64,000 nucleotides of DNA from Vitrella brassicaformis CCMP3155. Lineage: Eukaryota > Protista > Chromerida. The stretch covers positions 36,818 to 100,817 of the forward strand of contig CDMY01000362.1 of assembly GCA_001179505.1 (NCBI GenBank), read 5' to 3'. The notes under the pieces were generated by a model. The model did no database searches and was not told where the DNA came from. It worked only from the letters and a program-made list of their open reading frames with translations. Positions 1 to 12,632 of this stretch are shown one piece after another (within the stretch, counting starts at the first letter, position 1; every line of letters begins with the position of its first letter). The translations under genes were made by a program, and so were the position numbers.

Positions 1-359
1 GTTCCAAGACCGTCAAACCATCCGTCCGCCAGCCAGGCGCCACCGTCTCTCTATTCACGTGCAGGCAGCAGGTGAGCCACCACCACCACATTCATTCGTT
101 CACGTGACGCCTCAGTGGATGCCTCAGTGAACACATGAGCGTGATAGCTCCCCGTCTGCCCACCATCCATCCATCCATGCATCCATCCATCCCCCGCCCC
201 GCCCCATGTGTCGAGCCGTCCATGCAGACATGCAGTATCTACCACATACATACCAGTGCCGCGCGACAGGGAAGCACTCGAGTGGGTCAGGCACCGACAC
301 CCATCCATCCACACATCAAAATCCCCCCACCCTGCCACCCAAATCTGTCTGTCCGCATC

Positions 360-2132
360 TCACGTCAGCTGCAGCGATCTGAATGTCTCCCTGCCATCCC
401 GCTCCCTCTTGACCCACCCCACCGCCCCCCACACCACCGCAGGCACATCCTTGCTGAAGCCGTTGTCGATCTGCCCCACCAGCTCCCACTTGGCCGCCTC
501 GTCCAGGATGGCCCGCTGCACCACCTCACGCAACTCCATCTTGCGGCCGCCCACACCGCCCACCACAAATCACCGCAGCTGCGGCGCACGCACCACCTGG
601 CCGCCCACATCGGTCGTCCCGCCCACCACCTCCCTGTTGCTGCTGGGCTGGTACACTGCCGACTTGACGAAGTGCTCCGCCGCCGCACACACACGGCGGG
701 CCATGTCGCTGTGCCGCACCCCGATGGCCTCCTCTGTGATGGCCTCCTTGGCGGCGTCCATGTCGAAGAGGTATGACGCGATGCGCCAGCCGAAGATGGG
801 GGCCTCCTGCGGGCCGGCGGCCAGCCGGGGGGTCAGGAGGGCCGCGAGGGAGCGGTGGGGGGCGAGGGCGGCGTTGACGGCCGCCATGACGGCAGTGGGC
901 AGCTCGTTCAGCACTGTGGCGTACTCCGCCAGCACCAGCTGGCGCTGACGGCGGCCCTCCTCTGAGGCTGTGCGCATGCTGCTGATGTCGGCACCCGCCC
1001 GCAGCAGGCTGTGGATGATGCGCTTGTACTTATCACTCTCGGCGCGATACTCCTCCCCGGTGGCCTCGGACATGTCGGGGTGCTGCAGCTCTTGAAGTTG
1101 GGTGTGGTGATCGAGCCACCAGGCAGCTATGGCGAGGGGCGTCTCGCCGATGCCGAAGCAGTCCCGTCTGTCGATCTGGTCAGCGGGCAGCTTGCGGCAG
1201 AGGTAGTCGGCCACGTAGGGAGAGCCATAATATGCCGCGTCGTACAGTGGCGTCCGCCCACCGAGGCTCTCTGCCATGATGTCGGCCCCGTTCGCTGTGA
1301 CGAGGTCCAGATAGCTGTCGACGAAGGACGGGGGGAAGTGGCCCTGTGCCCGCTCGGCTGCCCGATGCACCAGGTTGATGCCGTTGAAGCGTCGCTGGGT
1401 GGCGAGGGTGGGGTGTCGTGCGATGAGTCGCTGATGCCTCGACGTGAGCCGCTGCAGATCCTCGAGGGGAGGCGGACGCAGGGGGAGGGACAGCTTCATC
1501 ATCATGTGTGCGCCTTCGTCTGGTACGCACAGCCCCACACGACACACACAGTGAAGGAATGTGTGTGCGGATCACATTCTTTCGCGTCTGTCTGTCTGTC
1601 TGGAAACACTGCTGACGCTCGTCGGATGGGGCGGTTGGTGCTGTCAATGAGTGCTTTACCGATTCGGATTCGCTATCAGCTGCCGCCTGTAGACCTCCCT
1701 CCTCCTCGGCCATCTCGCCGTCTTCCTCCTCGGTCATCTCGCTGTCTTCCTCCTCGGCCATCTCGCCGTCCTCCTCCTCGGTCATCTCGCCGTCTTCCTC
1801 CTCACACAACAAATCTGAAACGAAGACATTCCAACACATTCGTCAACAACGCAAAAGTGAGTGTGCTACTGGTGTGTTGGTCAGTCTGTGTGGCGTGCTG
1901 TCGACTCACCACTGTCAGCGTTATTGTCGTCTTGCCCGTCTGCCTCCCCGCCGCCGTTGTTATCCTTCTCAACCACATCGTCTGCACACGCAGTCGAAGA
2001 CACACATGCACGTGTGGCACTGATGCTGTGCGTTTGATGTGTCACATTCATCTGTATGTGGCGTACCTGCGTCGCCACCGCCATCGCCATCGTCCGCCAT
2101 GGCAGCGGAGGCCATGTGGGCGGCGTCGTCAC
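360..2132 (-). CDS. Ankyrin-repeat protein of a lineage-expanded family, multi-exon, with an in-frame TGA at 570-572 near the C-terminus
   Basis: Main exon ORF 570..1547 has ankyrin-like motifs (NLVHRAA, GRTPLYDAAYYG, GETPLAIAA, LLRAGAD). The same frame reopens after the TGA (FVVGGVGGRKMELREVV..., ORF 360..566). Probable upstream exons at ~1620-1814 (EEEDGEM repeat), ~1900-1976 and 2067-2132; 5' structure uncertain. Confidence 0.7.
1700..1803 (-). repeat. 24-bp coding tandem repeat, ~4.3 copies, encoding EEEDGEM(T/A)
   Basis: Unit ctcctcgg(c/t)catctcgc(c/t)gtc(t/c)tc read directly at 1702, 1726, 1750 and 1774. Confidence 0.9.
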
Positions 2133-2432
2133 CTCCAGACATTACTAACTCAAGCAGACGCCAACAGCTGCACCGACCACATACAGAGAGGCGACAAGAG
2201 GTAGGCAGACACCTGGTGCATGTCTTGTGTCGTGTGTGTGCTCGCCCACCTAGCTATGAGCTCAAACAAGCCACCCGGTCAACAAGGCCGACCTGCGCAA
2301 CACCACGCCGACACGATCTCAACACGATGGCATGGCGAACCAATCGCATGTGCGGGTACCGTCGGACGAGAGCACAGCAGAACTGCTAAGCGTCGCGGTG
2401 ATTAACTCCCCAGAAGGCCTCGGCAGCAACGG

Positions 2433-2475
2433 AGGACCGACAGCGATATTCCCCCAGGACCGACAGCGACATTCC
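2433..2475. repeat. 20-bp direct repeat (2 copies, 1 mismatch) in the divergent intergenic region
   Basis: aggaccgacagcgatattcc at 2433 and aggaccgacagcgacattcc at 2456. Confidence 0.8.
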
Positions 2476-2556
2476 TTCCTCTCTTCCGAGCAGTTTCACG
2501 CAACGCCCTAGGGAATTGCGAGCTCAATTTCTCCCACGTCAGAGAGGAACGAAACG

Positions 2557-5083
2557 ATGAAAGAAGACAATAAGAAAGAAGACAATACCGTCCGACGAGC
2601 TATGCACGAGATGCCAATGGCGAGTGTTCTTCCCGTTGCCCTGCGGTTGACTGTTTTCCTCTGCTTCCTCACCCTGTCGAGTCACGGCAGCCTCCAGACC
2701 CTCCCCTACTCCGCTGATGCCGTCGTGCGGTCCTTGGGCGACTCTCTTGTGCTCCCTGTCGACGCGCTGGAGCAGGACTCGCGCAGCGCGTGTTCGTCGC
2801 TCGATGGGCCTTTCTGCGTCGGTCTGCTTGGGACGAGAGGAAGCATGGACGTGCTTGCCGGCACTCCCGTCTTTGGCGAGGGCATCAACGGTCTCAAGGG
2901 GTGGAACGACGTCGGCAAAGGGATGGAGTTCGAGGACGCGACTGCCGAGTCGAGCTTCGCGGCAGTTCGCTTCAACGCCTGGAAGAGAAACCTGACGTCT
3001 GCCGATGAAGAGGCGCCGCCTGAGGACCTCTCACAGTCATCTGTCTATGCCATCTCGATCGGCCGCACTATGGATGACGTCGAGCAGCGGCTGACGACGC
3101 CCACGCCCCTCACCGACACGACGCCTCCCACCCAATCCATCGGCCGCCCTCTGTCGGGATTGCTGTCGTTCGAGTCCCTCTCCCCCGTCTACCGATACCT
3201 TCCCGTGTCGTTCTCGCGCGGCCTGCCCCCCAAAGTGCTCGCCACATGGTCATCAGGGTGGCATCTGACGGGCTCTCGGCCGCAGGAGCCGCCCGCCGTC
3301 CCGCTGCCGTTGAGTGGGAGGACTGGTGTGGTTTTCGGGCAGCAGAGCGCGCCTGTGGACACGGTGCGCTTCAGCCGGGCAGTGGTAGTGTCGGGGCTGC
3401 TCATGGTTAAACCTGACCCAATGCGGAACTCTGGCTGGGTGCGTGTGGAGGGGCTGAGTGGCAATGAGACCATGTGGACGATAGAGATGGACCTCAAGGC
3501 CTTCCCCACACGCTATGAGAACCTTCTGGCCGTCGACCCTAAGCTCTTCCCGCTCACTGATTCGCCCTATCGGCGCGTCACAGAGCTGCGGTTCAGCGCC
3601 TCGTCGCCATTCGCCGCTCAGGGCGTGGTGCTGGGTGGTCTGCTCGTGCACGCGCGGCACCCTGACGACGTGGGGGGCTATGATGCGTCCTATCCCGACC
3701 TGTCTGTGGACTCTCTTGACTATGTCATTGATGGGGAGCCGGCCGGTGAGGCGCCCCCCTCACCAGTCCACGGGAGGGGGGGGGAGGCTCTGGCGTCGAC
3801 AGTGTACCCCGACAGCTTTCGCGTGACCCTCCTGCGAGTCCACTATGACCGCGACAAGGCCGGCGGCCTGGTGCTCAAGCCCGAGCCGACTGACGACCTC
3901 CGTTCCTCCCCCCTGCCCTCCCCCGCCCCCTCATTAGTGCCGGCCATCAGCCACGTGCAGACACAGTCGCTGGATGTGCCCATCGAGGCGCCCGTCATGT
4001 CGGTCATGGATGCGTCGACACTAGGCCTGCGCGTCAGGGGGCGGACCACCGGACAGACGGCCTTCTCGCGATGGCAGGGTGCCGAGGTCGAGGCGGATGG
4101 GCTGGGCGGGCTGCTGGACGGGAAGGTTGCGACCTCGGGACCGATCCAGGCGCTGCTCGACCAGCTCAAGGCGACAATGAGCGGTTTGTTTGGCACTGAG
4201 GGCGGGCAGGCTGGCGGTCCCATTGAGATGGTCGTGTCGGTGGTCGATACTGGCGATGGCGAGAGCACCGTATCGGTCCAGACGCTGGGCGGACACCCGG
4301 TGAGCAACCAGACCAGCCAGACGCAGAATGATCCATATGTGATGACGTGTGTTCCTTCTTTTTCTTTGTGCGTGTGTGTATGACTGTCAGCTTGACGAGT
4401 CGACTCGTGAGATGGCTGAGTCGCTGGCCAAGATGATGACACCGCAGCTCACGGCTAACAAGGACAAACTCACCAAGCGGAAGAAGCCCGCCACCGCCGG
4501 CGAGGAGCCCCCACACCCATCACAGCATGAAGACGCATATCACGACCAGCAGCCGTCGGCACCATCATTAGAAGACAGCGACGCATCCACTCTCTCGGAT
4601 CCATCACAGCCAGAGGCCGACTCATCAAACGTCTACCGGTGGAGCAAGAAACATCAACACACAGACGAGGAGGACGACACAGCGGCAGAGGAGGAGGATG
4701 AAGATATCGGTGAGGATGACGAGTCGATGCCGCTGCCCAAGAAGGGTCGGCGGGCGCTGGACGGCGGCAAGGGGTGGATAGAGTGGGACGTGCTGCCCAT
4801 GGGCGAGATTCAGATGCCCGCAGAGGGATTCGACATGGCCATGCTGCAGCAGGAACTCGAAAAACAACTCGGCAGCTTCGTTCAGGGTGAGTCAGACACA
4901 CAGACACAGACACGCACGCCGAAAAGAGCCTGTATCGCCATGCAGCTCATTGCGGGTGTGTTGTGCGTCATGTGTCGATCAGAGGTGCTGAAAGGCACTC
5001 AGGCGGCCAACGGTGACAACACCTCATCCGACAACGACCAGAACGAACAACGGCGGCAGCAGAACAGCGGCGCACACGCATAG
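2557..5083 (+). CDS. Hypothetical secreted/surface protein with acidic low-complexity C-terminus
   Basis: 608-aa ORF with an N-terminal hydrophobic stretch (VALRLTVFLCFLTLSSHG). Spliced continuation via introns at ~4290-4390 and 4888-4982 into ORF 4349..5083. No recognised domain. Confidence 0.7.
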
Positions 5084-6317
5084 ACCCCCCCTCCCCGGCC
5101 TCCCACCAGCAGCAGCAGCAACAGCGGTCTGGATGCATGGCATGGACCCCTCTTCTGTCCGTCCGTCAGTGCTGCGGTGTCCCTCCTTCCCCCTCCCCAT
5201 CTGTGTGCTGGCGGGGCGGGCTCCTCAATCGAGGGCCTGCTGAGCTCAGCGGTGCGGCTGGGTGTGTGGTGTGGGAGGCGGGGGCAGCCACAGCCGATGC
5301 GACTGAGAGCCAGACGATTGATGGATGCGTCTTGTCAGCCGTGTTTTTTGGTGCGTGCGTGCGTGCGGCGAGGAGGGTCCAGGCGTGTGTGAAGCAGGCG
5401 ACATGTGATATCTTTTTCCCTGTGGGGTGGTTGTGCGTGGGCGTGCATTGTACAGGCAGTCAGGCAGACACGCCCACGCACGCACGCACAGACAGATTGA
5501 TTGATGCGGGCCTTTATTTCCTCATTCTCTTTCTTGCTGGAAGGCTGCATGAGTCATCGATCCGTGTACAGACAGACAGACAGACATAGCGGTGCCGATT
5601 TTTGCCCCTGTTGAGGTATCTTTTTCTCCCCCTCTCGGAGCACAGACAGCATGGCACGAGTGCAGGTGGGTGTAGAATACCGACCGAGAGGGCCGCGGAC
5701 GGACTCTCCTCTGTTTGATGTGTGAATCTGGCTGGGTGGCTGTGTGGCGGGCAGGCTGCCGTATAGGCAATGCATGCGGACGCATGCACCAAGGAGGGCT
5801 GGGAGGGAGAGTCAATTAACGTAACGGCAGCCTGGATTGCTGGGGTGGTGGGCTGGTGGTGTGGTGTGGCGGGGGTATGGGTATTTGTCCGAAGGTGTGC
5901 ATGTGATGTGCCTCCATCGACACGTGTGTGTGTGTGTGTGTGTGTTTGTTTGTGGACATGGATGACATGAGAGACCCCACTCCTGCTGCCACGCACGTCT
6001 TGTCTCGATGAATGCTATTCGTGGCTTGATGAAACACTATTCATCACTCATTCCTTGACTTCATTCCTTGCAAACTCCGTTTACAGACAGAGCAGAAACC
6101 CTGCTTCTGCCCTCATGAACGGGGGCGTAGACACAGTTTGTTTGCGGAAGGACACCGAACCCCTCACACGCGAAACTGCCGCCAGGTGAGCCATATGCAT
6201 CACGAAACGCCACAAAAGGACCTTCGTGTTTCCATCGCCCCTGGTCGCTTGTGGCTGCCGTGCTGTGTTTCTGGTGGTCAGGTGATGGTTCGTTGAGAGG
6301 AGGTGTAGCGCATCCCT

Positions 6318-9300
6318 GTGATGGAGCCCGGCGGATTCCGAGATGACTCGTCCGTGGGGCTGTCGTCACACAACGCACTCAACACACAACACAATGCTCC
6401 GATGCGTAAGCAAGAACGACCAACACGCACAACGATGGAGCGCAATGAACGGATGAACGGATGGAGAAATGGATCATCCAAACAACTCTGGCTCTTGTGT
6501 GTTGTGTCAGCACGCCTTCCAGCATTCCCCATTCCCAGAGTCCCTCTCGCATCACCCGTGTATGGCCGCCCTCCCCGCCCTCCCCCTCACCTGCCCCACC
6601 TGCACCCCGGCATCCCCTCGCACGTCCCCGGCGTCCCTCCCTCCGCTGCGCGCATCCGTCCACATCCGATCTACGCCAATCCCATGGCCTCGAGTGCGCA
6701 ACTCGGCTTCACAGCCAACCGCCCCCCCTTCTTGCCGCCGCAGAGTCTCGGCGTGCACGGGTCGAGTGTGATGGCAGCAGGTCCGTTGTTGCGGCCGACG
6801 GGAAGTGGCGGCAGGGGGGAGTCTGTCCGACACGGGAGTGATGTAGGTGACGAGGTGGCGGTGGAGGGGAGTGTGCAGGAGGTGGTAGAGTCTCTCAGGA
6901 CACACATAGAACAGGTGAGATGACCGCATCACCGACTCACCACCACAGACATCGCATGTGGTCTTTCTCCCGTCCTGCAGATTGGTTGGGCTGGGCGAGT
7001 TCTGCGGGATGAGCACTCGCGAGCTCTCAAGCCGGATTGCGAAATGCCCATTCAGACACACAACAATGAAGACGCTGGCCAGGTGCATACACTCAAAGCA
7101 GCACAGGTCACACACAGCTGCACACATACATCCTTTCCTCTCCATAACCTTTCTGTGTCCAGGAGGATGCCGGCGGTTCTGCAGTGGAGCGTCTCCGTCA
7201 GGCGGCCGAGAAGGTGGAGGCTGCAGAGGCGTCGCTGTTGAGTGCGGCCAACACCCTCCTGCCTATGACCCAGATCCCTGCATCAGCATCAGCACTGGTA
7301 TGCGCCTGAGCATTGGGAGAGGCCACCAGACCTCTGACATGACCTCACCGATCGGTGTTGTGTGTTGTGCCAGCATGACCGACCACCGTCGTATCGTCTG
7401 GTCAAACTCAGCGACAGACAGCCACCGCCCGAGCCACCGGTGCGCACACACCACTGCACACATAACTCCACGCAGCGAATCCCACTCGTTCACCTGTCCC
7501 TTCTCTGCATGTGTGGGTGTATCTGTGCAGGCGGCAGATCGTGTGTACGGCAACGTGGACGCCAGCGGCCACCTGCTGACCATGCACTCGTTCTGGCAGC
7601 TCGCCAAGGCCGCCGCCCCCCACTTCGACCGCATAGTCTTCGACTACAGATGCCGCGACGAGTGGGAGGCGGTGCCCCCCTCCGCGGCATTCGAGATCGG
7701 CAAGCGTGCCGTGAACCTCAAGACCGTGGTAGTGCGGCACCCCTTCCACTCCCCTCACTGGTGGATCGGCGGCTGGTCGTCGTTCATCGAGGGGCACTCG
7801 CGCGGCGTGGAGGAGAGGAGGAAGACCGGGTGGCAGGGTGGGGGGATCGAGGAACTCGTCTTTGTGACCATCCTCGCCCCGGACGCCAGCCTTCCCCAAA
7901 CGGCCCCCCACACACCTCCTTCGCCCATCACCCTCCTCCCATCCTTCAATTTCCCGGCACTCAAGTCCATCGAGGGCGCCGACCAGGACCACCGTCACCT
8001 GTTCGACAGTCGGCGGTGGCGCATGCCGGCTCTCGAGCGGTTCGAGGGGGGGGCGATGTCCTTTGGGGCGTTCTGCGGCACGTCCGATCGGCTGCAGTCC
8101 TTAGATGTTGGCGCCACTGTCGTTGGCAACGTAGCTGGTGTGATCGAGGGATTCCCAGGGGAGGGGTCGTCCAAGCTCGAGCGTCTGCAGCAGATACGTG
8201 GCCTCGTCTTGGTGGGCCGGGACGCGGACTCAGAAAACATCGACAGACTTCGAGTGAGGCGCAAAGAGCACACAGAGAGATATCCGAGACATCAGGTCGT
8301 TGTCTGTGTCTTAATCGTGTCTTCTATAGGACGCGCTCAAGTCGCGGGGCTGCTCGAAGGTGCAGCATCTTGGCGTCATTTGCCGATCGGGCATCAACTT
8401 CAAGATCACCCTGCCCACCCTCCGGGCCATCGAAGGATTCCTCCCTGCGGCAGTCCCCCGATCCGGCCTTCCCACGGGGGCCGAGCTGTCGGTCAGCTTT
8501 AAGACCCGGCCCAGCCTCAGCTTCGACATGTCGCTGCTGCATCGCATCCCCGCCCCCTCCCCCCTGATGAAGGACATGCTGCGGCAGCTCGCCTCGCCCG
8601 CCCTCCAAGTCATGTGGGCGCCGGACGTGAGCTTCATCGAGCACCCGACCAGCCTCTCATGCGAGAAGGCCTTCATAGAGAGCATCCGATTCAACAGCGC
8701 CTTTCAGCTGACCATCCTCCAGAGCGGCCCCACCCTCCCTGCCGGCCACCCCTCCACCCCTGACCCGCACGCACCCTCATCATATGTGTGGTCTGTCATC
8801 GACTACATCGCCCCATCGGCATTCCCGAATGCACTCAGCTACCTGACTGTAGCCGGTCCGTTCGGCTGTGCGGCGGCCACCCGGCTGCTGACGGCGGGCA
8901 AGGTCTGCATGACGGCAGAGTCTCGCGTGTGGGCGTATGACGTGCAGGGGTCGGAGGCCCTTGACCTGATGAGGGCGATGGGCAGCGGGACAGCGCCCGG
9001 GGTGGTGCAGATAAAGGGCGTGGCGGGGGGGAATGTGGGCGGGCTGGATGAGTGGGCGCGGGCGAGCGCTCAAGATGAGCTGCCCAAGACCGATTACCTT
9101 CACATCATCCTTGACGACCGTAAGCAAACGAGACAGATGCAACTCGTCCATCCAGAAATGCATTACAATGTCTCTGTCCCCTTCTGTGTGTACACGGCTC
9201 AGAGTTAGCCGACGGCATAGCGTGGGAGCAGTTGGATACGATGCTGGAGCAGATTGTGCAGCCGACGAAGTGGCTAGTCCTCACGCTCCGCATGCGAGAC

Positions 9301-9501
9301 GAAGAGGAGTTCCTGGCCGCCGTCAAGAAGATGACAGCCACGTTTCTGGCTGCCGACGTATGGACAGTCGACCCCTCCTCGCGGGCCCTCCGCATCTCTC
9401 GCGACCGGACGTACGGGTGGAGGGAGGAGGATTCCATGCTCACATGGATGTGCGGATATCTTTGGGTGTCTGTCTGTCTGTCTATCGTGGCCGTCAGGTA
9501 G
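6318..9501 (+). CDS. Hypothetical multi-exon protein of a lineage-expanded orphan family (possibly F-box/LRR-like); start uncertain
   Basis: Phase-compatible GT-AG exons link ...RTHIEQ | IGWAGRVL... | EDAGGSAV... | HDRPPSY... | AADRVYGNV...NIDRLR | DALKSRGCSKVQHLG... | ...RTYG. LRR-like L-x-x-L-x-I segments (FPALKSIEG, MPALERF, LERLQQIRGL). Confidence 0.65.
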
Positions 9502-10258
9502 CTGCTGCTGTTGGCGCGCACACGAGTGCATCATCTATTCATCGATGTCTGTCTGTGGGTGGGTGTGGTTACGTATGAGAAAGACTCAGGGGTAGAAGGG
9601 GTGTAGATTTGCCCAATGTATGTCTGTCTGTGTGTATGTGTGTGGTGCGTGCGGACGGTGCGAAAGTCAACCCTTCATACGTGTCCACGGTCGTCATCTC
9701 ACGGTGTCCACCGAAGCCTCGCAGCTATCACCACACAGTCCTCTGCCACGTCCCGTCCATACAACATGCACCCTTGTAGCCACACCTCCCGCACGCACAC
9801 AAACCCATCCGTCCAGTCCTGGTCATATTCAGTCCGTCCACACGTGCGCCCTCCGTCTGTACACTTGCACACGCTAACACGCACACACACACACACACAC
9901 ACACGGGGCGCCTGAACGCTCGCCAAAACCTGACTTGGGCTACGTACGTTGGCTACCTGTCAACAAGACAAGACGAGAAGCAACAGCGAATGGGTAACGT
10001 ACGACTGACAAGGGAAAAACACCGTGACGCGATAAACAAATGGAGGAAGAGATGCGAAAAAGACGGGGGAAAAACCTGTAGCTAGGCTGTGTCGTGGCCG
10101 AAAAATGAGACCCACACCCCTCTCTTGGTGTGCACACACAGAATTGTTGGTTGGTTCGAATGAGGCCAAAAAGGACCCAAGACACTCGCTCAACGCTCGG
10201 CACTCGGCACTCGGCAAAAACACGCGCCGCTCCAACGGTCTATCTATTTATCTAGCCA

Positions 10259-12390
10259 TCACCCCTTCATGACGCCCCTCACACCCTGCCTCTCTGCGCT
10301 GCTCTCCTCATGGCTGTGGGTGTCGGTGTGGTTGGTGTCCTTCTTTCTGGGTGGTGTGACGGGGCAGTCCAGGAGGTGTGGGTGTGGGGGCGCCAGGAGC
10401 GAGTTGAGCACTCGCACAAACGGCGCTCGCAGCACCGATGAACGCGAGAAACCCACTCGCGGCGGTGTGGACTCACACCTACACGAACCACCACACGAGA
10501 CAGTGTGCCGTGGGTGTCTCGCGGTGTGTGTGCATGTTGTCCCTAACTGACTGACCATTCCCGGAAGTCATCGAAAGATATGGACCGCTCGTCTTTGTCT
10601 CCCTGCCCCTCCCCGTTGGCCGTCACCATATCGTGGGCAGGGTCGTGCTGCAGCGAAGACAGGTGCTGCTGCTGCTGCTGGTGCTGGTGCTGCTGTGCGA
10701 TGATGCCGATGATGGGAGTGGGGTATGACGGCACGGGGGGCCGCTGGTCGGGCGGGGTCAGCTGCTGCTGGTGGTGATTTGACGAGAGGCGCGAGAAACA
10801 CTCGGTGGCCGACTCACGGGAGAGCTGGATCACCTGAAGGAAGGCAGCAGGGCATGGGGGATGCACGCAGAGGCACATACATAGATGTGTGTGCGTGGTG
10901 CGGTGCATCCAAGCGTACCGATTGCGGCTGCACGCCTGCCTTCTTGAGGTCAAGAACCACAGCGGGGGTCAGCATGACTGGGGCGAGGCGGCAAGACACC
11001 ACACATCCAGACGTCAGTCGGTGCCCATATCGTAGCTGTGGTTACCTGCTTACCTCTGTATATGGTAGACAGCAGGTCGACCATCTCGTCGTATGTGATG
11101 TGACCGTCGCCATCGACGTCAAACAACTCAAACAAACCTGCACACACAAATGATACGATAGACACCAATCAGACGCCCCTCCCCTCGTGCAGTGCGCTGA
11201 GACCTCTGAGTCTCTGCTCCTTGTCGCCCTCGCAGAACTGTGCGAGGCCGCACACCAACTCCAACACGTCAACCACACCATTGCGCTTCTGATCCAACAC
11301 GCTGAACAACTCTGCACACACACCAATACACCAATACACACACGATGGATGGATTTGTGTCTGTCTGTGCATCCTCTGAGGCAGGTACCCTTGATGTGTT
11401 GGTTGTCTATGTGGAGGTTGGCCTCGTCCGCCACTCGCTGGAGGGCCGTCTCGAAGCCCTCCCGATACACCATCCCGTGCTCGATCTCGCGACGCACCGA
11501 ACGCAACACTGACAAACACAACGCACCCACATGAAGTTGATAAGGTATGGATGGCAGACAGAATCGTTCTCGCCTCTGTCCTGTGTGTGTGTCCTCACCC
11601 TTTTCGATGGGCAGGTGGTGCAGTTGTGTCTTTCGTCTGAGGTCGCAGAGGTCCACCTGCCCGTCCCGTGTGATGTGGTAAGCCTGCGCCCACCCCTTCC
11701 CCGCCGACTCCTCGTCATGGACAGAGTGCCCGTGGTGCATCGACGATCGACGACCCGTCTTGGGCCGATCCACACGCCTGCAGGCCATCCGCCAATGAAA
11801 CGGACACACGACACAGACAGACCAGTCAAGTGCCTCTCCTCTCCTGTGTGTACCTGGCGTTGAATTTGTTGGCCAGAGAGGACTTCATTCCCTCTTCTAA
11901 CGCACTCAGATCCAGGATCATGCCGCCGCGCTTCGGGGCATTGCTACCGCTGCTGGTGCTGGCGCTGGTTGATGAGTGAGAGGCCGACGTGTGTGAATGC
12001 CCATGCGCGTGTGATGCCGACTTGCGCCCGGTGTGCGGGTGGTCTGCTGCAGGGGAGGAGGGTGGAGGGAGGGGAGGCGGCTGGGTCTGCCGGTCGCCTT
12101 GCACCCTGCACAGCGCACCCACAGATATATCATTCCAACACACACATGGTGAAGACGCACCTCTCTCTGCCCATCTGCCTTACCGTGAGTTGTATGTGTC
12201 GACGAAGTCCCGATAAATCCCATCGAGTGACGCCGTCACCTCGTCCATGTCCACACCGCCGCCTCCCACACGCGCAGCGCCGCTAACGCGCCGCCACTGA
12301 CCACTGAAGGGCCATCTTAATTGGAACAGCGGCATGATGGCGCCTCGCCGAAACTGATGCAGGGCTCGCAGAGAAACGCGCGGTTCCATT
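10259..12390 (-). CDS. EF-hand calcium-binding protein (NCS/calcineurin-B-like EF pair), multi-exon
   Basis: Exons give ELFSVLDQKRNGVVDVLELVCGL, LFELFDVDGDGHITYDEMVDLL (canonical EF loop) and DKDERSISFDDFREW, with splice phases compatible. Start ATG at 12249 or 12390. Confidence 0.85.
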
Positions 12391-12632
12391 GGAGGACAAT
12401 TCAGTTGCAATTCAGCAAACAGAAAGGCCAACGCTGCAGCTGCACGCTTCCTTTCGGATCTCGGTGAAGAGTAGACGCCGTTTCCTTCGGAAATACAGCT
12501 CTCTCACGTGCTTGCCCACACAGCAAAACCTAAGGCAGCTCCTCTCCACCTTTGCCTCCGCTGCACGCTCCAGCTCGCGCCCCTTTTTCGAAGCTCGCAT
12601 TTGCCAGAGAAGTAGAAGGAGAGACGATACCG

